DNA from: Auanema rhodensis
Lineage: Eukaryota; Animalia; Nematoda
NCBI GenBank assembly: GCA_964057225.1
Contig: OZ059895.1
Coordinates: forward strand, 10,416,001 to 10,480,000
Direction of reading: 5' to 3'
Length of the DNA: 64,000 bases
Shown here: one piece after another, positions 1 through 9,800 of the stretch
Layout of the letters: each line of letters begins with the position of its first letter
How positions within the stretch are numbered: position 1 is the first letter of the stretch
Notes under the pieces: generated by a model
What the model was told of the DNA's origin: nothing
Database searches by the model: none
Seen by the model: the letters and a program-made list of their open reading frames with translations, nothing else
Translations under genes and position numbers: made by a program

Positions 1-291
1 TAGAACGACAAACAATCAATAAAAACGAACAGAGATAAATATACTAACTATAACGATATAGCTACCAAAGCTAATGTCTATAGAAACACAACTCAAAAAA
101 TATAGAACGTACGAGCGAGTACAACAAGTATAGTTAACCACGAGTAACCATATCATCCGTTAAGTTTCACCATTATATCCCTTACATAACTATTCCCTAA
201 CTATAGATCAAAAATAGATCTTAACTATAACTACAGAGTACATAGACTATAACTCAATGTGTGTTACAGTATGAATGATAACTATGTGACA
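1..291. mobile_element. Non-satellite segment, possible terminal part of an LTR or other transposon abutting the satellite
   Basis: A-rich non-coding sequence ending ...ACTATGTGACA at 291 (minus strand starts TGTCACA), matching the TG...CA LTR terminus convention. It joins abruptly into the middle of a satellite monomer at 292. AATAAA at 18-23; recurrent TAACTAT motifs. The other end and any target-site duplication are outside the window. Confidence 0.35.
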
Positions 292-707
292 TTAGAATAT
301 TTAATTTTTCATAAAAATCAAACGAAATAGCAAGTTGAGCCCGCCGGAAAACATGATTACTATGGATATATGCTTACAAAATTTGTTTTAAATTTTTCAA
401 TCAACCCATTCTTAGTTAAATCAGATGTAGCACGTACTTCTAGGACAAAAAATAAAATTTTTTGAATATTTAATTTTTCATAAAAATCGAACAAAATAGC
501 AACTTCAGCCCGCCGGAAAATATGATTAATATGTTTCTGTGCTGACAAAATTTGTTTTACCTTTTTAATCAACTAATTCTTAGTTGAATCAGATGTAGCA
601 CGTACTTCTAGGACGAAAAATAAAACTTTTAGAATATTTAATTTTTCATAAAAATCAAACGAAATAGCAAATTGAACCCACCGCAAAACATGATTACTAT
701 GGATATA
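292..707 (-). repeat. About 2.5 diverged 168-bp satellite monomers, inverted relative to the main array
   Basis: Reverse complement of the main monomer motifs (GCACGTACTTCTAGGAC, CCCGCCGGAAAA, CATGATTACTATGGATATA) with a 168-bp period. Carries edge-type variants such as GAAGTACGTG and CATCTGATT. Confidence 0.97.
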
Positions 708-1130
708 ATAAAAATTTTGGACTTAAAACGTGGAGAAAACCTATTGAAGTTGGAGAATAAAGTTCAAAACAGTTAAATGAAGTAGATTAAACTCGAATAA
801 TTGTGAAAAACATATTTATATTTTTTTAATGATTGTATTGTTTTAAGGTGTAGAAAGCAGAATGTAAATGGTCGAGCTGCAGAATTAGCTGAACAGTATG
901 AGAAGATGATACAGGAGGAAGTGGCAGTAGTGAACTCTACTTCAACTACAGCTCAAGAAGCTTCAGTCCAGGAACAAGAGGAAGTGCAGTATCCCCATCT
1001 CGTTATATTATCTTTCTTTTATTTATTTCTTTTTTGTTTAGAGCTCTGTTCGTTATGACTCCCGAATGAGCCAATGCCGTGGAATAAAGAAATTATGGTT
1101 TTCCTTCCGGAAGCATCCGCTCATCCTTAC
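708..1130 (+). pseudogene. 423-bp non-satellite insert resembling a degraded gene or transposon fragment with two short intron-like segments
   Basis: T-rich GT..AG segments at 782-847 (ends TTTTAAG) and 989-1041 (ends TGTTTAG) flank a GC-richer block 848-988 that is open in one frame (CRKQNVNGRAAELAEQYEKMIQEEVAVVNSTSTTAQEASVQEQEEV). No stop-free spliced ORF can be assembled and no homologue is recognised. Confidence 0.35.
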
Positions 1131-1216
1131 TTCTGTGCTAACAAAATTTGTTTTACTTTTTTAATCAACTAATTCTCAGTTGAATAAGATGTAGCACGTA
1201 CTTCTAGGACAAGAAA
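1131..1216 (-). repeat. Half satellite monomer, inverted; left arm of the fold-back junction
   Basis: TTCTGTGCTAACAAAATTTG...GCACGTACTTCTAGGACAAGAAA is the reverse complement of a Y-like monomer head. Confidence 0.95.
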
Positions 1217-1750
1217 GTTTATTTTTAGCCCTAGAAATACGTGCAAGATCTCATGCAACTTAAAATTAACTGTTTAATAATATAAATTAAGTTTTGTGAG
1301 CATATATCTATAGTATTCATGTTTCGCGGCAGGCTCAACTTGCTATTTCCTTTGATTTTTATAAAAAATAAAATATTCTAAAAATTTTGTTTTTTGTCCT
1401 AGAAGTATGCGCTACATTTCATTTAACTAAGCATTAGTTGATTGATAAGATAAATAAATTTTGTTAGCACAGAAACATATTAATCATATTTTACGGCGGG
1501 CTGAAGTTTCTATTTTATTCGATTATTAAGAAAAATGAAATTTTTTAAAATGTTTATTTCTAGCCCTAGAAATACGTGCAACATCTTACTCACCTCAAAA
1601 TCAACTGTTTGATAATATAAATTAGGTTTTGTGAGCATATACCCATAGTTATCATGTTTTGCGGCGTGCTCAAGTTGCTATTTTGTTCGATTTTTATGAA
1701 AAATTAAATATTTTGAAATGTTTATTTTTCGCCCTAGAAATACGTGCAAC
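1217..1750 (+). repeat. Diverged edge monomers of the main array
   Basis: Many private substitutions (GCAAGATCTCATGC, GTTTCGCGGCAGG, AAGTATGCGCTAC, GATTATTAAG) compared with the near-identical monomers beyond ~1.75 kb. Confidence 0.9.
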
Positions 1751-1989
1751 ATCTTATTATCTAAGAAAACTTGAAAATTAAATGATTGAAAGAGTAAACA
1801 AGATTTTGTTAGCACAGAAACATATTAATCATATTTTAAGGCGGGCTCAAGTTGCTATTTTGTTCAATTTTCATGAAAAAATAAAAATTTTAAAATGTTT
1901 ATTTCTAGCCCTAGAAATACGTGCAACATCTTACTCAACTCAAAATCAACTGTTTGATAATATAAATTAGGTTTTGTGAGCATATATCC

Positions 1990-4900
1990 ATAGTAATCAT
2001 GTTTTGCGGCGGGTTCAACTTGCTATTTCGTTTGATTTTTATGAAAAATTAAATATTCTAAGACTTTTATTTCTTGTCCTAGAATTACGTGCTACATCTC
2101 ATTAAACTAAAAATTAGTTGATTGAGAAGGAAAAACAAATTTTGTTAGCACAGAACCATATTAATCATATTTTCCGGCGGGCTCAAGTTGCTATTTTGTT
2201 CGATTTTCATGAAAAAATAAAAATTTTTAAATGTTTATTTTTCGCCCTTGAAAAACGTGCAACATCTTATTATCTAAGAAAACTTGAAAATTAAATGATT
2301 GAAAAAGTAAACCAGATTTTGTTAGCACAGAAACATATCAATCATATTTTAAGGCGGGCTCAAGTTGCTATTTTGTTCAATTTTCATGAAAAAATAAAAA
2401 TTTTAAAATGTTTATTTTTAGCCCTAGAAATACGTGCAACATCTTATTATCTAAGAAAATTTGAAAATTAAATAATTGAAAAAGTAAAACAGATTTTGTT
2501 AGCACAGAAACATATTAATCATATTTTAAGGCGGGCTCAAGTTGCTATTTTGTTCGATTTTCATGAAAAAATAAAAATTTTAAAATGTTTATTTTTAGCC
2601 CTAGAAATACGTGCAACATCTTACTCAACTCAAAATCAACTGTTTGATAATATAAATTAGGTTTTGTGAGCATATATCCATAGCAATCATGTTTTGCGGC
2701 GGGTTCAACTTGCTATTTCGTTTGATTTTTATGAAAAATTAAATATTCTAAAAATTTTATTTCTTGTCCTAGAAATACGTGCTACATCTCATTAAACTAA
2801 GAATTAGTTGATTGAGGAGGCAAAACAAATTTTGTTAGCACAGAACCATATTAATCATATTTTCCGGCGGGCTTAAGTTGCTATTTTGTTCGATTTTCAT
2901 GAATAAATAAAATTTTTAAAATGTTTATTTTTAGCCCTAGAAAAACGTGCAACATCTTATTATCTAAGAAAATTTGAAAATTAAATGATGGAAAAAGTAA
3001 AACAGATTTTGTTAGCACAGAAACATATTAATCATATTTTAAGGCGGGCTCAAGTTGCTATTTTGTTCGATTTTCATGAAAAAATAATAATTTTAAAATG
3101 TTTATTTTTAGCCCTAGAAATACGTGCAACATCTTACTCAACTCAAAATCAACTGTTTGATAATATAAATTAGGTTTTGTGAGCATATATCCATAGTAAT
3201 CATGTTTTGCGGCGGGTTCAACTTGCTATTTCGTTTGATTTTTATGAAAAATTAAATATTCTAAGACTTTTATTTCTTGTCCTAGAATTACGTGCTACAT
3301 CTCATTAAACTAAGAATTAGTTGATTGAGAAGGCAAAACAAATTTTGTTAGCACAGAACCATATTAATCATATTTTCCGGCGGGCTCAAGTTGCTATTTT
3401 GTTCGATTTTCATGAAAAAATAAAAATTTTAAAATGTTTATTTTTAGCCCTAGAAATACGTGCAACATCTTACTCAACTCAAAATCAACTGTTTGATAAT
3501 ATGAATTAGGTTTTGTGAGCATATATCCATAGTAATCATGTTTTGCGGCGGGTTCAACTTGCTATTTCGTTTGATTTTTATGAAAAATTAAATATTCTAA
3601 GACTTTTATTTCTTGTCCTAGAATTACGTGCTACATCTCATTAAACTAAGAATTAGTTGATTGAGAAGGCAAAACAAATTTTGTTAGCACAGAACCATAT
3701 TAATCATATTTTCCGGCGGGCTCAAGTTGCTATTTTGTTCGATTTTCATGAAAAAATAAAAATTTTAAAATGTTTATTTTTAGCCCTAGAAATACGTGCA
3801 ACATCTTATTATCTAAGAAAATTTGGAAATTAAATAATTGAAAAAGTAAAACAGATTTTGTTAGCACAGAAACATATTAATCATATTTTAAGGCGGGCTC
3901 AAGTTGCTATTTTGTTCGATTTTCATGAAAAAATAAAAATTTTAAAATGTTTATTTTTAGCCCTAGAAATACGTGCAACATCTTACTCAACTCAAAATCA
4001 ACTGTTTGATAAAATAAATTAGGTTTTGTGAGCATATATCCATAGTGATCATGTTTTGCGGCGGGTTCAACTTGCTATTTCGTTTGATTTTTATGAAAAA
4101 TTAAATATTCTAAGACTTTTATTTCTTGTCCTAGAATTACGTGCTACATCTCATTAAACTAAGAATTAGTTGATTGAGAAGGCAAAACAAATTTTGTTAG
4201 CACAGAACCATATTAATCATATTTTCCGGCGGGCTCAAGTTGCTATTTTGTTCGATTTTCATGAAAAAATAAAAATTTTTAAATGTTTATTTTTCGCCCT
4301 TGAAAAACGTGCAACATCTTACTCAACTCAAAATCAACTGTTTGATAATATAAATTAGGTTTTGTGAGCATATATCCATAGTAATCATGTTTTGCGGCGG
4401 GTTCAACTTGCTATTTCGTTTGATTTTTATGAAAAATTAAATATTCTAAGACTTTTATTTCTTGTCCTAGAATTACGTGCTACATCTCATTAAACTAAGA
4501 ATTAGTTGATTGAGAAGGCAAAACAAATTTTGTTAGCACAGAACCATATTAATCATATTTTCCGGCGGGCTCAAGTTGCTATTTTGTTCGATTTTCATGA
4601 AAAAATAAAAATTTTTAAATGTTTATTTTTCGCCCTTGAAAAACGTGCAACATCTTATTATCTAAGAAAACTTGAAAATTAAATGATTGAAAAAGTAAAC
4701 CAGATTTTGTTAGCACAGAAACATATCAATCATATTTTAAGGCGGGCTCAAGTTGCTATTTTGTTCAATTTTCATGAAAAAATAAAAATTTTAAAATGTT
4801 TATTTTTAGCCCTAGAAATACGTGCAACATCTTATTATCTAAGAAAATTTGAAAATTAAATAATTGAAAAAGTAAAACAGATTTTGTTAGCACAGAAACA

Positions 4901-5580
4901 TATTAATCATATTTTAAGGCGGGCTCAAGTTGCTATTTTGTTCGATTTTCATGAAAAAATAAAAATTTTAAAATGTTTATTTTTAGCCCTAGAAATACGT
5001 GCAACATCTTACTCAACTCAAAATCAACTGTTTGATAATATAAATTAGGTTTTGTGAGCATATATCCATAGCAATCATGTTTTGCGGCGGGTTCAACTTG
5101 CTATTTCGTTTGATTTTTATGAAAAATTAAATATTCTAAAAATTTTATTTCTTGTCCTAGAAATACGTGCTACATCTCATTAAACTAAGAATTAGTTGAT
5201 TGAGGAGGCAAAACAAATTTGGTTAGCACAGAACCATATTAATCATATTTTCCGGCGGGCTTAAGTTGCTATTTTGTTCGATTTTCATGAATAAATAAAA
5301 TTTTTAAAATGTTTATTTTTAGCCCTAGAAAAACGTGCAACATCTTATTATCTAAGAAAATTTGAAAATTAAATGATGGAAAAAGTAAAACAGATTTTGT
5401 TAGCACAGAAACATATTAATCATATTTTAAGGCGGGCTCAAGTTGCTATTTTGTTCGATTTTCATGAAAAAATAATAATTTTAAAATGTTTATTTTTAGC
5501 CCTAGAAATACGTGCAACATCTTACTCAACTCAAAATCAACTGTTTGATAATATAAATTAGGTTTTGTGAGCATATATCC
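1990..5580 (+). repeat. ~1.2-kb block (~1990-3190) repeated at offset 2388 bp (~4380-5580)
   Basis: Rare variants recur at +2388: CCCTTGAAAAAC (2247/4635) and the ATGATGGAA/AATAATAA ORF variant (2985/5373). 2388 = 10x168 + 4x177. Confidence 0.85.
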
Positions 5581-7000
5581 ATAGCAATCATGTTTTGCGG
5601 CGGGTTCAACTTGCTATTTCGTTTGATTTTTATGAAAAATTAAATATTCTAAAAATTTTATTTCTTGTCCTAGAAATACGTGCTACATCTCATTAAACTA
5701 AGAATTAGTTAATTGAGGAGGCAAAACAAATTTTGTTAGCACAGAACCATATTAATCATATTTTCCGGCGGGCTTAAGTTGCTATTTTGTTCGATTTTCA
5801 TGAAAAAATAAAAATTTTTAAATGTTTATTTTTCGCCCTAGAAATACGTGCAACATCTTATTATCTAAGAAAACTTGAAAATTAAATGATTGAAAAAGTA
5901 AACCAGATTTTGTTAGCACAGAAACATATTAATCATATTTTAAGGCGGGCTCAAGTTGCTATTTTGTTCGATTTTCATGAAAAAATAAAAATTTTAAAAT
6001 GTTTATTTTTAGCCCTAGAAATACGTGCAACATCTTACTCAACTCAAAATCAACTGTTTGATAATATAAATTAGGTTTTGTGAACATATATCCATAGTAA
6101 TCATGTTTTGCGGCGGGTTCAACTTGCTATTTCGTTTGATTTTTATGAAAAATTAAATATTCTAAATTTTTTATTTCTTGTCCTAGAAATACGTGCTACA
6201 TCTCATTAAACTAAGAATTAGTTGATTGAAAAGGCAAAACAAATTTTGTTAGCACAGAACCATATTAATCATATTTTCCGGCGGGCTTAAGTTGCTATTT
6301 TGTTCGATTTTCATGAAAAAATAAAAATTTTTAAATGTTTATTTTTCGCCCTAGAAATACGTGCAACATCTTATTATCTAAGAAAACTTGAAAATTAAAT
6401 GATTGAAAAAGTAAACCAGATTTTGTTAGCACAGAAACATATTAATCATATTTAATGGCGGGCTCAAGTTGCTATTTTGTTCGATTTTCATGAAAAAATA
6501 AAAATTTTAAAATGTTTATTTTTAGCCCTAGAAATACGTGCAACATCTTACTCAACTCAAAATCAACTGTTTGATAATATAAATTAGGTGTTGTGAGCAT
6601 ATATCCATAGTAATCATGTTTTGCGGCGGGTTCAACTTGCTATTTCGTTTGATTTTTATGAAAAATTAAATATTCTAAAAATTTTATTTCTTGTCCTAGA
6701 AATACGTGCTACATCTCATTAAACTAAGAATTAGTTAATTGAGGAGGCAAAACAAATTTTGTTAGCACAGAACCATATTAATCATATTTTCCGGCGGGCT
6801 TAAGTTGCTATTTTGTTCGATTTTCATGAAAAAATAAAAATTTTTAAATGTTTATTTTTCGCCCTAGAAATACGTGCAACATCTTATTATCTAAGAAAAC
6901 TTGAAAATTAAATGATTGAAAAAGTAAACCAGATTTTGTTAGCACAGAAACATATTAATCATATTTTAAGGCGGGCTCAAGTTGCTATTTTGTTCGATTT

Positions 7001-9800
7001 TCATGAAAAAATAAAAATTTTAAAATGTTTATTTTTAGCCCTAGAAATACGTGCAACATCTTACTCAACTCAAAATCAACTGTTTGATAATATAAATTAG
7101 GTGTTGTGAGCATATATCCATAGTAATCATGTTTTGCGGCGGGTTCAACTTGCTATTTCGTTTGATTTTTATGAAAAATTAAATATTCTAAATTTTTTAT
7201 TTCTTGTCCTAGAAATACGTGCTACATCTCATTAAACTAAGAATTAGTTGATTGAAAAGGCAAAACAAATTTTGTTAGCACAGAACCATGTTAATCATAT
7301 TTTCCGGCGGGCTCAAGTTGCTATTTTGTTCGATTTTCATGAAAAAATAAAAATTTTAAAATGTTTATTTTTAGCCCTAGAAATACGTGCAACATCTTAC
7401 TCAACTCAAAATCAACTGTTTGATAATATAAATTAGGTTTTGTGAGCATATATCTATAGTAATCATGTTTTGCGGGGGGTTCAACTTGCTATTTCGTTTG
7501 ATTTTTATGAAAAATTAAATATTCTAAGACTTTTATTTCTTGTCCTAGAAATACGTGCTACATCTCTTTAAACTAAGAATTAGTTGATTGAAAAGGCAAA
7601 ACAAATTTTGTTAGCACAGAACCATATTAATCATATTTTCCGGCGGGCTTAAGTTGCTATTTTGTTCGATTTTCATGAAAAAATAAAAGTTTTAAAATGT
7701 TTATTTTTAGCCCTAGAAATACGTGCAACATCTTATTATCTAAGAAAACTTGAAAATTAAATGATTGAAAAAGTAAAACAGATTTTGTTAGCACAGAAAC
7801 ATATTAATCATATTTTAAGGCGGGCTCAAGTTGCTATTTTGTTCGATTTTCATGAAAAAATAAAAATTTTAAAATGTTTATTTTTAGCCCTAGAAATACG
7901 TGCAACATCTTACTCAACTCAAAATCAACTGTTTGATAATATAAATTAGATTTTGTGAGCATATATCCATAGTAATCATGTTTTGCGGGGGGTTCAACTT
8001 GCTATTTCGTTTGATTTTTATGAAAAATTAAATATTCTAAGACTTTTATTTCTTGTCCTAGAAATACGTGCTACATCTCTTTAAACTAAGAATTAGTTGA
8101 TTGAAAAGGCAAAACAAATTTTGTTAGCACAGAACCATATTAATCATATTTTCCGGCGGGCTTAAGTTGCTATTTTGTTCGATTTTCATGAAAAAATAAA
8201 AGTTTTAAAATGTTTATTTTTAGCCCTAGAAATACGTGCAACATCTTATTATCTAAGAAAACTTGAAAATTAAATGATTGAAAAAGTAAAACAGATTTTG
8301 TTAGCACAGAAACATATTAATCATATTTTAAGGCGGGCTCAAGTTGCTATTTTGTTCGAATTTCATGAAAAAATAAAAATTTTAAAATGTTTATTTTTAG
8401 CCCTAGAAATACGTGCAACATCTTACTCAACTCAAAATCAACTGTTTGATAATATAAATTAGGTGTTGTGAGCATATATCCATAGTAATCATGTTTTGCG
8501 GCGGGTTCAACTTGCTATTTCGTTTGATTTTTATGAAAAATTAAATATTCTAAATTTTTTATTTCTTGTCCTAGAAATACGTGCTACATCTCATTAAACT
8601 AAGAATTAGTTGATTGAAAAGGCAAAACAAATTTTGTTAGCACAGAACCATGTTAATCATATTTTCCGGCGGGCTCAAGTTGCTATTTTGTTCGATTTTC
8701 ATGAAAAAATAAAAATTTTAAAATGTTTATTTTTAGCCCTAGAAATACGTGCAACATCTTACTCAACTCAAAATCAACTGTTTGATAATATAAATTAGGT
8801 TTTGTGAGCATATATCTATAGTAATCATGTTTTGCGGGGGGTTCAACTTGCTATTTCGTTTGATTTTTATGAAAAATTAAATATTCTAAGACTTTTATTT
8901 CTTGTCCTAGAAATACGTGCTACATCTCTTTAAACTAAGAATTAGTTGATTGAAAAGGCAAAACAAATTTTGTTAGCACAGAACCATATTAATCATATTT
9001 TCCGGCGGGCTTAAGTTGCTATTTTGTTCGATTTTCATGAAAAAATAAAAGTTTTAAAATGTTTATTTTTAGCCCTAGAAATACGTGCAACATCTTATTA
9101 TCTAAGAAAACTTGAAAATTAAATGATTGAAAAAGTAAAACAGATTTTGTTAGCACAGAAACATATTAATCATATTTTAAGGCGGGCTCAAGTTGCTATT
9201 TTGTTCGATTTTCATGAAAAAATAAAAATTTTAAAATGTTTATTTTTAGCCCTAGAAATACGTGCAACATCTTACTCAACTCAAAATCAACTGTTTGATA
9301 ATATAAATTAGATTTTGTGAGCATATATCCATAGTAATCATGTTTTGCGGGGGGTTCAACTTGCTATTTCGTTTGATTTTTATGAAAAATTAAATATTCT
9401 AAGACTTTTATTTCTTGTCCTAGAAATACGTGCTACATCTCTTTAAACTAAGAATTAGTTGATTGAAAAGGCAAAACAAATTTTGTTAGCACAGAACCAT
9501 ATTAATCATATTTTCCGGCGGGCTTAAGTTGCTATTTTGTTCGATTTTCATGAAAAAATAAAAGTTTTAAAATGTTTATTTTTAGCCCTAGAAATACGTG
9601 CAACATCTTATTATCTAAGAAAACTTGAAAATTAAATGATTGAAAAAGTAAAACAGATTTTGTTAGCACAGAAACATATTAATCATATTTTAAGGCGGGC
9701 TCAAGTTGCTATTTTGTTCGAATTTCATGAAAAAATAAAAATTTTAAAATGTTTATTTTTAGCCCTAGAAATACGTGCAACATCTTACTCAACTCAAAAT
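7001..9800 (+). repeat. Tandem duplication of a 1362-bp 8-monomer unit
   Basis: ORF pairs 7248/8610 (NHVNH variant) and 7761/9123, plus GGTGTTGTG, GCGGGGG and TTCGAATTTC variants, all recur at +1362 = 6x168 + 2x177. Confidence 0.9.

Noticed and set aside
708-1135. Helitron or terminal-inverted-repeat transposon as the identity of the insert
   Set aside because: No 5' TC / 3' CTRR ends with a sub-terminal hairpin, no terminal inverted repeats and no identical target-site duplication.
2005-2045. CENP-B box
   Set aside because: TTCG and CGGG both occur but in the wrong order and spacing for NTTCGNNNNANNCGGGN; the sequence is not primate alpha satellite despite the similar monomer length.
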